A stretch of 61,114 bases of DNA, filler included, from Sphacelaria rigidula (lineage: Eukaryota): the NCBI GenBank assembly GCA_964200075.2. It is 3 parts of 3 records of this genome, joined end to end, with 100 filler letters (N's around TTAATTAATTAA, not from the genome) between each part and the next. Parts side by side here need not be neighbours in the genome. Positions count along the whole stretch, not along the records: positions 1 to 20,322 come from CAXNAA020000544.1; 2 more parts are not named here. One strand, written 5' to 3'. The notes below the pieces were generated by a model. It saw only the letters and a program-made list of their open reading frames with translations. It made no database searches and was not told the origin of the DNA. Numbering within the stretch: position 1 is the stretch's first letter; each line of letters opens with the position of its first letter. The translations under genes were made by a program, and so were the position numbers. Of the stretch, positions 1 through 12,519 are shown piece by piece.

Positions 1-1030
1 TATTATTATTATTATTATTATTATTATTTTTCCGCACATTAGTCGGATCTCTTGAATCCGTGGTCACAGACGTAGGCTCGTCTTTCCAATTCTTCCCCTG
101 CTATCATTTACAACACAGGAAGTCCTCACCATTTTTTCCGAGACTCAGAGCAATTACAAGAATAGATACAATCAACCAAAATATGACCAAAATGAAAATA
201 TGAAGAAAGATGCCAAGAAAACACGTGAGAAGTAGCTTCCCCGAGTTCATCGGGATGAATGAGATTAAAAAAACAACTTCAGATCTGCTAAAAAGAACAC
301 CGAGAGAAAAGGGAATGAAAAGAAAAGGCAGATGACAAAAGATCACTAGCATGGCCACCAAACGAGGGTCAACTCAAGCAACCCCAGGCATCCTCGTAGA
401 TAACTACCACAGCTGCTCGGAAAGACGGTAGATGCACTAGCGAGTGTACCACCCGATGGGCTCCTGGTCACTTCCCGGAGGTCTTCGGTAGGCACTGGGG
501 GGACTCTAGTGGTGGCACAGCAAACAACTCCTTACCATAACGCGCTTTGATCCTGGCTGCCATGTGCATGTTAGCCCCCTGCTCTACCACTCGGGACCAT
601 TCGGACACACCTTAGGCAACCTGCGTCCGCGATATCGCATGTATTTCAAAGGACGACCAGTAGTCCGTGATACAGTGTTGTAGGCGTCTTGCTGGTCGGC
701 CTACCCTCGTCTTCCCTCCAACCATCACTCCACGCATGACGATGTTGGGGAGGCGTTCATCGTGCATGCGCACAACGCGGCCGGCGTGTACGACACTTCG
801 TGTCATCATGGTGGCCTCGATACCCTCACAGCTACTTCTTTCGAGGACCTCGTGGTATGGCAGCATGTGATAATCAGAGGCGCTGCGGCTTGAGGTATGC
901 TTATTGAGGCACCTCAGGAGGAAACCTCGATGACGTATGCGCCGAAATTGTCGTGTGCGATCGTCCAGGTCACTTAGTCGTACAACATTACCTCGATCAC
1001 TTCAGTCTTCAGGAGACGAACCTTGGTATA
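1..1030 (-). mobile_element. 5'-truncated, decayed RTE-like non-LTR retrotransposon (ORF2 C-terminus, 3' UTR and (TAA)n tail)
   Basis: Minus strand reads KVRLLKTEVIEVMLYD*VTWT...HRGFLLRCL...MLPYHEVLERSSCEGIEATM..R....AGRVVRMHDERLPNIVMRG...GGKTRVGRP..R..C. This is the typical post-RT C-terminus of RTE-clade LINEs. The element ends in (TAA)n at 1-28. Confidence 0.8.
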
Positions 1031-1413
1031 TACGAAAAAATGTTGCGTCGTTCAAAACGACTCGAGGAAACTTTCCGATCTCAAACGCCTTCCCTCTGTT
1101 TATGCGCCAGGAGCGTTAGTTTGTACATCACGCAACAGCCGTGATATCGAGGCAAACTTCTCCACTGGTTGGTCATGTTTCGGATGGCATCGGGTATTGC
1201 TTCGGACGGGCGTCGGAGGGGGGGAAGGTGGGGGTACTCATGACCATGCATGCCATAGTCATAATACCATTGACCTCGCATCCTTACAAAGCCGGGACAG
1301 AGCACGCCGGGTTCTCGCTGGACCAGGCTCGAGGGGGAGTGCACAACGTTAGCTTCGGGGCTGTTCTTGTCGGGGAAGCTGGGATTGCTTCATGTCGTCG
1401 TTACAGGCGTCAA

Positions 1414-1415
1414 GG

Positions 1416-1471
<56 letters not shown>

Positions 1472-1476
1472 GGTGA
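1414..1476. repeat. Compound microsatellite (GTT)n(GGT)n
   Basis: About 14 GTT followed by about 6 GGT, read directly. Confidence 0.95.
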
Positions 1477-3619
1477 TGTGCGGCGATCGAGTGTTGGCTA
1501 TGCCGTCTTTGCCCATAAGAGAGGTTTGGGCGAGAGCCGTACGGAAGTCTGTGGCAGCCGAAAACTTCTCCAATATGTGAGGCATACACTATTTTTACCA
1601 TTTCGTGTGTCATATGCGTGTGTGTGAGAAACGACGCTCCCGAGAGCTGCAGTAAGGACGCCCGGGGTGTGGATACCGACTGGAGAGTGTGCGCCTCTAA
1701 CGTGCCATCGAAAGACGCGCGCCTTTCGTTTCTACATTCGTATACGAATGCATCCCATTCAGGATTTCATTCTTATTCTGCCATCAAAATTTATGTTCGC
1801 TTCCACAAGAGAGGGCGTGCGACCCTGGGATCAACCTGTGCGGTATCAGAGCAAACAAATCGTGCTCGCGATCAGAGGCGCAGCACAAGCTGTCGTGGCG
1901 AACACCACAAGATGAACCACGGTCACAATTCACACCAATTTGTTCACTGTTTGTTCATCAAATCAACGTCTAAGTCTCAACTATACGACTGGTCAGCAGC
2001 GGCGTCCCCGACCTCCCTCAGCATCGATGCCAAACATCTTCATTCATTCATAACCAGTCCTTGAAACCCCCTACTGTATCTCGAACAGCGCTGGGCTTGG
2101 TCATGAATGACGCTGGGTCAAGCCGCAATGACTAGCACAGGACCGCCACATTTCTTACTCTTGACTGCTCGTGACTCAACTCTTTCGCACGGAAGGACAT
2201 GAACGTTGCTACGCAACTTTTCAGCGCCAATAGAACATCATACCGTGTGATTTTTCTCAATCTCATATGGTACACACTAAACAACAGCAAAACAGTAGTA
2301 GCTTCCAAGGTGCGACAAACTCGTGCCCCTACCTTGTTCGACAATCGTGTCTCTCCTTGGGAACTCGTTTCCACAACTTGCAGTCCCTGTAAACGACGAA
2401 ACAATTCATTCACAAACGCTATATCACGAAGACATTGTACAACACTTCACACCCAATAAGCAATATCGGGACACACAGCTACAGTAGCTCATTGCACCCG
2501 TTCGCGATCCTCTCGTACCTTTAGTACTGTACAGTGCGGCAGCAGTGGTATAATAGATGCACCGTACACTTAGTTCAAGAAGACCCGGCAAAAAGCTCAA
2601 AGCTATACGCACAATGCTGTTCGGGCAACACCACGAGAAGAACATCGCCCATCCCTGCCTCCCGTGTAAAAATGACGGGCTCCTCTCACTCGAAGCAGCA
2701 AGTCAGGCCAAAAAGAGCAACCGCGCATCCTCTGACCAACATACACGCTCCGAATGGCGCATCGCGTCGTCAGCCAACGCAAACAACCCTCTGCACAATC
2801 TGGGTCACATTTCATTTCGAGTGTAGCCGTAACTACCCCCCATGCAGTACACCGCTACCGTACCGTACTGTGAGCACTGACGCACTACCCCCGAGGCCCC
2901 GGTGAGCTGTTCCAACAAAAACTCGCCCACGGAAGGGAGGCATTTTGTGCTACATTTTACACCACCACGCTTTAGTATAGCGAAAACGAAATAGCATTGC
3001 TTAGCGCAGAGTAAATTTTGCAACGAAAAAATGCGGGCTGAGGTGTTGTGATATATATAAACACGTATGTATATATATATATAAACATCACGCGAAAAAA
3101 ATTAACGTTGCGCAGGGCAAACCTAAACGTCTTCGAAATTAGTTTAACAGTCGTGGGCCAACACACCTCACGACTCATGTGCGGCAATAGAAGAATAACT
3201 GAAACGGCCGGTGGAAAACGACATGTATTTGTTGAGAGATTACACCAAACTGCAATGGTGCTTGTCGTTCTTCAACAGCAAAACTTACTGCACCGCACCC
3301 ACTCTAATATTTTCACAAACAAGCATACAAAAGGCACGTGCAACACAACATACGCTCCGTGTCTCTCTCACCACGCCAACATCATTTTTGCACACACTAA
3401 TCTGCGACGCATGTCATGGTGGCTTGCAACACATGACGATGATCTCTAGACATCCTCAGCATAGTGTACGTACAGCGCATGATACTTGTAGCAACGACAG
3501 CACCGACCTGTGTCAGAGGTCCGATAATATCAACGTTGTTAGCTACGTACTTGATGCGTGAAAGTGCATGTCCTTGGTGAGAAAACAATTACTACAAACT
3601 CATTTTTTTTCCTTCATGT

Positions 3620-3772
3620 TTTCGCCATACTTCGACTCCTCCACTTTGTCGGGAAGAGTCCGTGGTCTCGAGGGATCGAGCCACCCACCTGTACTCCGGT
3701 ATACGCCTTACATGTTGGTATCGTGGATTGGATCATGACGAGTACTCCCGCCGCACCGCGCTAACTCTCGCC
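3620..3772 (+). repeat. Dispersed repeat of unknown class (inverted homolog at about 8172-8420)
   Basis: GAGTCCGTGGTCTCGAG...GCCTTACA..TTGG.ATCGTGG.TTGGATCATGA...ACTCCCGC is shared with the reverse complement of 8175-8285. Confidence 0.8.
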
Positions 3773-5039
3773 AAACAAAACCCAATATACTTTTACTCCC
3801 TCAGGTCCTCACGCGTTTAACGGCGGACATCAGATAATTCGAAGAAAAATACCCAAACGCATCTGGCGAGAATCAGACACCCGCGCTTTCCCCACCCTAA
3901 CGAGGACAGTTGGACCACTAGACTACCGGGGTGCGGTGTTACTGAACTTATCGGAAGCACCATACTTTCAACACCTCCACCTACTGCATACACCCCCACA
4001 CGTACACACATCAATCGCTGCCTTCGCATACATATACGAGCACGCTATCATCACTCCTATGTGTGAAACATGCAAATTACATCCAAATTAACTAAGCATC
4101 TTCTATGATTTGCCAGAACGCTGATACTCAATGGTGCCAGCCGTTCGAAAAATGGTTACCAAAATAACGCAGAATACGTCAAGCATAGAAATCTGCCTGC
4201 TTTTAGAAATAAAACACAGCAAACCAGTGGAATGGATACTGTTATATCACAGCTGAACTCACTGCAACACACCCACATGAAGTACTTGCTACGACCATGT
4301 ACACCTGCCCCCACGCCAATGCTACGGTGATCAACAAGAGCTGTGGCGGTTGTCGTGGTGACTTGAAACAGATGAGCACATATTCTCCCCAGCAAAAACA
4401 GCGCCCAAATAGTGTAATGCCCACCAAATGCAGTAGCACCGACACTCGAGTGTGTCAGAAACACGACACATGTCCTACGTCACGCGCAACAGAATCAAAC
4501 ATACACATAAATTACACGTATACATGATATGCATACATCTATACACCGTCCCCTGCAAACCTCTCCGTCGGTGTTGAATATAAGCAACATCCACACGTGA
4601 CCAAATATGCCCCCCTCTGTTTCTACCTATTATAGGACGCTGAAGAAGCCAAGTCGGTGAAGATAATCATCTGATATTTGATCTCACCCATTCACAACAC
4701 ACGCTACATATCGAACGCTAGAAGAACGACACGTGACCCACCTCACGGCATCGAATTTGGAGAACAATCAGTACAACCAAAAACAGCAACTAGAGCATCT
4801 ACTGGGACACCGCCATGCTGGGTACACCAAGCAAGACGAAGCCGCCATGGAACGTGAAAAAAACATCCCCAAGACAACATAACAGGGAATGAATCGATGG
4901 CAGCGTTTACAGAGAGATGCCACCGAACCCCCGCAGAAGAAAATTCCCGGGTAGACGACATGCTGACAGAATTTTCTTGCATGCAGCAACACATCAGGAC
5001 GGCCACGGCGGGGCGTCCAGCTCATTCCAACACCGCGAC

Positions 5040-6332
5040 CCTTCCGCGCTCGATACCACACGTGCTTGCACCAATACTTGAACCACGAGACACCAACACT
5101 TCAACAACGAGGCCCCGCGCTCTATCTTCATTTCCCCCAGACCCCGTCGCGTGCCCGCCCGTCACCTCCACCAGCCACACCGTTCCGCGCTCGACACCCC
5201 CAGTCTTTACACCAATACTGCAACAACGAGACACCTACACTGGAACAGCGAGGCCCTGTGCTCTACCTCCACTATCCCTCAGAACCCGCCGCGTGCCGCC
5301 CGTCACCTCCACCAGCCACGACACACCGTTCCGCGCTCGACACCCCACGTGCTTACACCAACACTGCAACAACGAGACACCTACACTGGAACAGCGAGGC
5401 CCTGTGCTCTACCTCCACTATCCCTCAGAACCCGCCGCGTGCCCGTCCGTCACCTCCACCAGCCACACCGTTCCGCGCTCGACACCCGCAGTCTTCGCAC
5501 CAATACTGCAACAACGAGACACCTACACTGGAACAGCGAGGCCCTGTGCTCCCCCTCCACTGTCCCTCAGAGTCAGCCGCCCGCCCGTCACCTCCACCAG
5601 CCACGACACACCGTTCTGCGTTCGATACCCCACGTGCTTACACCTATACTGCAACAGCGAGACACCGGCACTAAATCAACGAGGCCCTGTGCTCTACCTC
5701 CACTGTCCCTCAGAACCCGCCGCGTGCCCGCCCGTCCCCTCCACCAGCCACACCGTTCTGCGCTCGATGCTCCATGTGCTTACACCAACAGTGCAACAAC
5801 GAGACACCAACACTGGAACAGCGAAGCCCTGTGCTCCCCCTCCACTTTTCCTCAGAGTCAGCCGCCTGCCCGCCCTTCACCCCCACCAGCCACACCGTTC
5901 TGCATTCGATACCCCACGTGCTTACATCAACACTGCAACGACGAGACACCGACATTAAATCAACGAGGCGCTGTGATCCACCTCCACTTTCTTCCCGGAT
6001 CCTCCCCCTGACCGCTCAGCACCCCCATCAGCCACACCGTCCCGCGCTCGATACCCCCAAGTGCTTACACCAACACCACAACCGCGAGACACCGACGCTT
6101 GAACCACTAGGCCTTGTGCTCTACCTCTTCTTCCTCTAAAACCCGCCGCCCGCCCGACCGCCCGCCCGCCCGTCACCTCCGACAGCCACACCGTTCCGCG
6201 CTCGATACCCTAAGTGCTTATATCAACACTACAACAACGAAACATCGATATTTTAACGATGAGGCCCTGTGTTCCCCCCCGGCCTCCACCAGGATCCTCC
6301 GTCTACCCGCCCTTCACCTCCACCAGCCACAC
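5040..6332. repeat. C-rich tandem array, unit about 138-154 bp, about 9 copies
   Basis: The GTCACCTCCACCAGCCAC motif or a variant recurs at 5161, 5302, 5449, 5587, 5734, 5876, about 6018, 6172 and 6313. Confidence 0.95.
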
Positions 6333-6841
6333 CCATGCCGTGGTTTGTCTCCTCGGGGCCTTCTGCGCCGCTCTTGCCCTTGGCGCCAAAACGCCACCAT
6401 CCACCGTCGCCGCCGCCGCTGTCACCGCCCTTGCCTGCAGAGCCGGCAGTGCTCCAGAGCACTTCGCCCCTGGAGGAGATGGCTTGGAAATTGCCGACGA
6501 CGTCGAATGCGCCGTGCGCATGACGGATTCCACCGCCGCGCTTTCCCACACCAAGGCGGTCAGCTACACCTCCCGACACTGGTGTAGTGAACTCCCGGCA
6601 GAACCTGCCGCTCCCCAGCACTAGCTGACCATTTGTGATGGACAGCCCGTACTCAGCATCTTGTCGACCCGTCATTCTGCGAGCAAAGCGTTCTGCAGTA
6701 CAGAGGAATCCTTTCGCCCTCTCTTCCTCGGGAACATCGTCCGCGATGGAAACCTGAGCGAGTATGGACCGAATGTCGGGGTGTGGAAGCGGCGGATGAA
6801 GCGGAGGGGTATCGACGATCGCCATGCAGTTCATCAATTCT
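6253..6841 (-). CDS. Candidate exon of unknown function (Gly-rich C-terminal half)
   Basis: Pyrimidine tract and TTTGCAG acceptor at about 6842 on the minus strand, then an open frame ELMNCMAIVDTPPLHPPLPHPDIRSILAQV... to the stop at 6253. No family recognised. Confidence 0.35.
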
Positions 6842-7709
6842 CTGCAAACCACCGACGCAGGAGATGACACAAAGGAAAATAAGAAGTGGCTGCGGCACAA
6901 GTGCACCGTGTCCATCCAAAGGCAATGCAGTATAGAACAACGTGAAAACATCAATGGCGCCTCTCATAAACTCGCCATTTGTGTAGCCCGTTTGGTTTGG
7001 GGAGTTCCCCTTAGATTGGTCGAGCTGAATGAAGTCGGCGTTTGAACCCAGCACCTTTTTTTCAGTAATGAAACGGAGTTATGTATTGATATCGCCAGTA
7101 TGTGAAAGAGGTTTGTCCTCGACGGACACTTTCAGCGGTTCACCTCTTCTACAGAGCAGTATTCACATATGTACATGACAGGTTCAGGGCACTTCGGCGG
7201 TCGTGCAGGGGGTGCTTGAGTTCTCTGAGTTCAACACATTGGGAAGCTCAGGAAAAGGCCAAGACTTGGTGCAGGAGTGAAGGCATGTAAGCGTTGGTCG
7301 CGTTGGATTGGAGGGGGGCGCATGGTGGGTGGTAACTACCGACAAATTGGGATTGTCTCTACCGTCTTCAACTATGACGTACGAATGTCGATGGTCTTAA
7401 ATGCTGTGCAAGCAGTTTTAAGATATTTGCACTATAAGGAGGGGAAAACAGAGGAAGCCCTCTCACCCGGGTAAAAATAATCACACAGAGTGCTTTTCTA
7501 CCGTTCCGGCCTGTCCCAAACGAACGGCGATGCAGCCACACACGCGAAGGCATCATTATAGCGCATAAGCCATACCCTATTCATGTATGACTGCATCATC
7601 TACCCCAGCCGGGGATGAAACGGTTTCATCTCCTCCTGAAACACGACGAGGGAGCAATATCTGACCATTTTGGCCTGTTACGCGCCCCCGTGGTCCAAGT
7701 TCGCCAAGT

Positions 7710-7890
7710 GGGGATAATTTATGTGAGCGTTTTCTGTGTAATGTATGGAAAAAACGTAATTAGCGCCGGAATATTGAAGGCGTCTCTACTAGGAGCAGGA
7801 ACGGTATTCCGTCTCGAAAGGGATGCGTGGTCAATGGTCAAACGATTAGGGCAAGCAACAAATGAGTGCGCCCCCCCCCCCCCCCCCCTC
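7710..7890 (+). mobile_element. 3' fragment of LINE family B with C-tract tail
   Basis: Translates FLCNVWKKRN*RRNIEGVSTRSRNGIPSRKGCVVNGQTIRASNK*, followed by poly-C. Homologous to the 3' end of the LINE at 15706-18440. Confidence 0.85.
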
Positions 7891-8171
7891 GCCCAACCGG
7901 CCCCTTAACATCACAAGAGGGTGGGGCGTCAAANNNNNNNNNNCGCCAAAAAGGGGGGGGGGGTAAAATGTCAAAACATTTGGGGAAAAAAAAAAAAAGG
8001 GCCCCCCCCCCCCCCCCCCTCTGTGGTCCAAATGGTACGTACACCTAAAGCGTGTTGGGGCTGTAAAATTGAGATTTCAAATCCAGGCCGATGCGGTTTT
8101 TCCTCACGAGCATGTCAGTTGTTCAGCCGTTCACAATCTGTAGACGTGAACAGCATAAGAAATAATTCATT

Positions 8172-8420
8172 TGACGGGAGTTGACGAGTTGCGGGAGTGC
8201 CGATCATGATCCAACCCACGATGCCAATATGTAAGGCATGTAACAGGGGAGAGTGGCTTGATATCTCGAGACCACGGACTCGTCTCAGGAAGGGGGGGAG
8301 GGGGGGCGTACTCATTTGTTGCTTGCCTTAGTCATTTGACCATTGACCACGCATCCCTTTCGAGACGGAGCATCGTCTCAGGAAGGGGATGGATTGAAAG
8401 CATGGCGGTGAAAGAGTAGT
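8172..8420 (-). repeat. Second copy of the 3620-3772 dispersed repeat, interrupted by a LINE fragment
   Basis: The reverse complement aligns to 3620-3772 once the 8296-8372 insert and one TSD copy are removed. Confidence 0.7.
8296..8372 (-). mobile_element. Very short 3' fragment of LINE family B with a 16-bp TSD
   Basis: Reverse complement is GCTCCGTCTCGAAAGGGATGCGTGGTCAATGGTCAAATGACTAAGGCAAGCAACAAATGAGTACG plus a C-tract. It is flanked by the direct repeat TCGTCTCAGGAAGGGG at 8280-8295 and 8373-8388. Confidence 0.88.
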
Positions 8421-9656
8421 ACCACGGTAGGGGTTCACATCTGTGCCCAGATCGTTCTCATTTTGGGGCTCCTACAAGCACGAGGTACACACAATATGGG
8501 TAAGGAAATCCACGTTTTAAATTCTTTTCGAGGCATCCCTGGCCCATTGCAGTGCTAATCGTGGTGTGCCCTCATGTTTTGCGCGAGTTTTTTATTGGAT
8601 GAGATAAAGGGCTCCTACCAACTCAAACCTCAGAAATATGTTGTGCACCCATACCGTGGCATCATTAACATAGGAACGATGACGCCCCTGGAGATGCTAA
8701 AGACCTCATCCCACTAGAACAATTCAGAACCCTTTGCCCCTCTACCCTTTCGCGGGGATGAATCCGACGCATCTCCTGCCCAAAGATCCTCAGCGGGAAG
8801 AAGGTCTTATCCGTCGTACTACTGGTAACTGTAGCCATCTGCGGCTGAACGACAATAAATCCGTAGACGCCACAGGTGCCATCAGAGAGCCAACACCCTA
8901 CCCCGAATAGGAATGCCCGACGTTCCCACTGACAGCACTATATATCCACCGGGATGAAATCGCTGCATTCCCTCCCCAAATACGCTCGGGGGGTTACCTA
9001 CCGTCAGGGTCTGTAACATACGAATGGCGATGTCCCCGAAGACGCGACAGGTATCATTAGAACTGCTCTACATACTGGCAGCCGCCTTCCCCACGCGGGA
9101 TAAAATTAAGGTAAGTCCTCCACGAAAATACGCATGCACGAGGACGGTCCAAGCTTGGCTTTGTGCTCATGCCACTCGTGTCGCATCACGCGATTGCAGT
9201 CGCAGACTGTGGCATGTCCAACTGATCTGGCTCTCAAGATCTAGTTGCTGATAAGATTGTTCCCGCGTTTTTGTGTATCTTTGTTCGCCGTCTGCCGTAC
9301 TATAGCAGATACGTCCATGTACTCGATGTTTCCACCACTTGAGGCGAATATCTGTCTCAGGGGGAAACAGTCCGAGCAACAACATAACATAGCGTGAAAA
9401 AAAGTTTCCTGCTTCCGTACGACCGCGAAGGAGTGATGAACCATTCGGGCTTTTTCATCATCTCGCACTATGCCATCATATCCTACACGACCTGGTGGCG
9501 GCAGCGAGTGCATGGATGGATGCAAAATCAACATAACCGAGTGGTTGCTTGATTGTCCTAAAGTTTGGTACGCAAATAGCCGACACCACGGCGACAACAA
9601 CGACACCTGTTACCTACCTCGACACCCAGCTCATCATCGTTTAAAAGGCATGCTCA

Positions 9657-9662
9657 TTGTTG

Positions 9663-9694
<32 letters not shown>

Positions 9695-9703
9695 GGTGGT
9701 GGT
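9657..9703. repeat. Compound microsatellite (GTT)n(GGT)n
   Basis: Read directly. Confidence 0.95.
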
Positions 9704-10189
9704 GAATGTAAACACTAGTTCGTAGGACGTACGAGCCTTCAAAAATGTACATATCTTGAATTCCTCAAGTGATATTTGAGGGATATATAGAACCTAAACA
9801 TTGGGCAGAGGTGCACATCGACTGGTGGAAAACAATGACGACTCGATTTGAGAACAATGCTTACTCTAGTTTTTCTAACGGAATTCAGTTCAATGCACCA
9901 AAAATTCAACAACGAAAATACTACAAGAATAATGTTCTTCAAATGAACCATTCCCAACTCTCTTCGGAATTTTCGGGTTCTAACTCTCAAACCCTGCGGG
10001 AGGAATCACCGGAAACACATGTGTTTCGTACGTTGTTGGACCAGCCTGTGAAGCATTGAAATTTCGCCGGCACCGTTTGTGGTTGCTGTCAACATTTTCT
10101 CGAAAAGTTTGCTTGGATTGGCGGTCGAAGTGCTGAAACCTTCACTTGGCGTTCGCGACAGCGGGTCCGGCCCGATTGTGACAAAGTCT

Positions 10190-10360
10190 CACATCCCTGG
10201 TCAATGTATGATCAATAGATGCAATAGACAAGAAGTGTACTGGGTAAAGTATAGACCTATTGCAACTATTGACGGCCGACAATAATTGCAATAGGTCTGT
10301 GCTTTACCCCGTACACTTTTTGTCTATTGCATATATTGACCATATATTGTCCGGGGTGTG
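10190..10360. mobile_element. Fully palindromic (foldback) MITE, CAYACCCTGGACAA family
   Basis: Arms of about 85 bp fold around a central CGGCCG. Same family as 29676-29845. TSD not preserved. Confidence 0.85.
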
Positions 10361-11139
10361 CGAAACGTGACATTTACTCCCCCGAACTCGATAGCACAGA
10401 TTCAATTTCCGAGGTGCCTTTTTCGATCGTCCTCCCTTCAATACCTCAAACTGGACATAACGGGTGTAGAAACGGTCATCTTCCTATGATATGAAGGTCG
10501 AAATAAGTAAACCAGGCTACTCGGATTCGGCGTCTCTGCTATCATGTCCCTGTGGGGACACATGTTCTTTTCGATTTTGGCAAGAATTGGTTCCGCGAGA
10601 CTTACGCCCATATGGCCACGGAAGTGCCCCTTGGTGTTTCCGTATACGTTTTGGGCAAAACTGTAGCCTTGGGTAGTACAACATCCCACCTCCTGGTAGG
10701 TGAAAAGGCCAGCTATCTTGCGAACTGCGCGTAAACCACCGCCCTCCGTAACGGCCAAGCTACCGAACCATGGGAATATTCCCCTGCTCCCCAGGTGCTG
10801 GCCAACACCAACTACGTCCCCTTGCCACAGGACGTCACCCCTGTACGTTGATGAGCTGGACGATCAACGTATCACACAACGATGGCGAGTAGCGTTTTGG
10901 GGCGGCAGTGCAGGTGATGGGTCGTATGTGAGACTAATGTTTCTGTCGGAAACCTGCAAAACGGTCGCAAGTCACAACAGCCGGCGCTACAGCGGGAGAA
11001 CGATTTGTGGATAAGCGTACACACACCTGAAACTGACAGTCGTTCAAGTCGGCTGCATGAATAACAATAGACTCGGGACCCCACGTAATCAACATTCCGC
11101 AGGATCAACGCTTTGCTACCCCAAACATGATCATGTGCC

Positions 11140-12519
11140 CTACCGCATGGGGTACCACCGCCGTGGTAGTAGGAAGTATTTTGTACCCAAAACCTGTGCC
11201 CATTCTTCCTTGTCACACTGGTGACTACTCCTGTCGTATGCGTACCTTCCTCCGCCGGACAGAGCTCTGCCTCCAACCACCAGCACTACCATCACAACCG
11301 CGCCGAGAATCCGTGGGCCCCACCATCGGCCGCGGTTGACCACCGGGCGCTCTGCTGCGACGCCATGAACAACTCCATCCTTTCCCTTGGCCTCGCAGAC
11401 AGACCGCTGCTGTTCTTGCTGTGCCCCCGCTCGCGCTCGGTCTCCATTCCCGCCCGACTCGTTTGGTCTTCCCTCGTCGCCACCGCCACCACCACCGAGA
11501 GGCACCACCTGCGCGTCCGCCACTACGGGCCTACCACCGGTACCTTCGGATCGATTATTTACAGCCGGAATCACGTCTACCTGCCCCTGACCAGCTAATG
11601 CCTCTTCCTGGCTCTCGGTACCGCCGCCAGCTACGTTAGCGTCATCCTCTGGTGGTACAGGCGCGTCAGGTGGCCTCGCAGGGACGGGTACACCGCTGGG
11701 GTGCTGCTCCTCGGCGCCAGACGTGCTACGATTAGAACCGGTCATATCCTGCATCGTGGGATGTGAAACACCCGGGGCATCGCCGTGAAGAGCTTCCTCC
11801 GTCTCAGCGGGTGCCCCTGGCAGAACCACATTATTTTCCAGTGTGGGCGTGCCTGCCAGGGTCGGCGCCGCAGAAGCTGCCACTGCAGCCGTCGCCGTCG
11901 CCGCTGCTGCCGCCGCTCCGTCTCTGTTCTCGCCCGACTCATCGTTTCGCGGCTCGCCGCCGCCTGTAACATCACCAACAAGCACCACCTCCGTGTCCCC
12001 TACTGCCGGTCCGCCGCCGGTACCTCCGGATTGATTTTTCACAGCCGGGATCACACATTCCTGCCACTGCCCCGGCAACGCCTCTTCCGTGTCCGTGGTG
12101 CCACCACCAGCTACATCTGCGTCGTTCTCCGGCGATCCAGGCGCGTCAGGTGACTCAGAAGCGGTGGCTGCACCGCTGGAACGCTTCTCGTCGGCGGCAG
12201 GGTTGCCACGGTTAGAATCGATCATGGTTTGCACCGTGAGTTGTGAGACGTCTGGCGTATCGCCATCAGCTACTTGCCCCATCTCAGCGGATACCACCGG
12301 CCGGACGGGGTTTCCTCCCAGTGTGCGCATGTCTGCCGGGGTCGGCTCCACAGTAACTACCGCTGCCGTCGCTGCCGCCGCTCGCACTGCCTCGGCATCT
12401 TGTTCGCGAAGTTTGTTCCTTGTAGCAGAGCCTTCTGCTGTCGACTCTGGCAGACATTCAGTTGTGGTGATCATCGATGGGAGAGCGGGATCGGCGATGG
12501 CACTTGCACACGTGAGCAT
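11140..12519 (-). CDS. Long acidic Gly/Ala/Pro-rich reading frame with an internal duplication of 160-aa period; probable exon of an unknown gene or pseudogene
   Basis: 459-aa open frame. DTPDVSQ...DADVAGGGT..EEAL.GQ...VIPAV.N.S.GTGG.P.V.D..VV occurs twice, 480 bp apart (12261 and 11781). Confidence 0.5.
   Translation of the reverse strand: MLTCASAIADPALPSMITTTECLPESTAEGSATRNKLREQDAEAVRAAAATAAVVTVEPTPADMRTLGGNPVRPVVSAEMGQVADGDTPDVSQLTVQTMIDSNRGNPAADEKRSSGAATASESPDAPGSPENDADVAGGGTTDTEEALPGQWQECVIPAVKNQSGGTGGGPAVGDTEVVLVGDVTGGGEPRNDESGENRDGAAAAAATATAAVAASAAPTLAGTPTLENNVVLPGAPAETEEALHGDAPGVSHPTMQDMTGSNRSTSGAEEQHPSGVPVPARPPDAPVPPEDDANVAGGGTESQEEALAGQGQVDVIPAVNNRSEGTGGRPVVADAQVVPLGGGGGGDEGRPNESGGNGDRARAGAQQEQQRSVCEAKGKDGVVHGVAAERPVVNRGRWWGPRILGAVVMVVLVVGGRALSGGGRYAYDRSSHQCDKEEWAQVLGTKYFLLPRRWYPMR

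Noticed and set aside
1218-1241. Fourth C-tailed LINE end (G-run followed by GTACTCAT)
   Set aside because: Only 8 nt match beyond the G-run, and no TSD was found.
1349-1627. Poly-Q/H, poly-N, poly-V, poly-C and poly-L ORFs
   Set aside because: These are translations of the microsatellite, with no independent coding support.
4897-5958. 353-aa and overlapping ORFs as proteins
   Set aside because: Open in all three plus frames because the C-rich repeat lacks stop codons.
7890-8022. G-quadruplex or homopolymer regulatory element
   Set aside because: Runs of C, G and A flank an N gap and look like low-quality sequence.
7800-8375. MITE bounded by 75-bp inverted repeats
   Set aside because: The two arms are independent, oppositely oriented 3' ends of the same LINE, and one has its own TSD.
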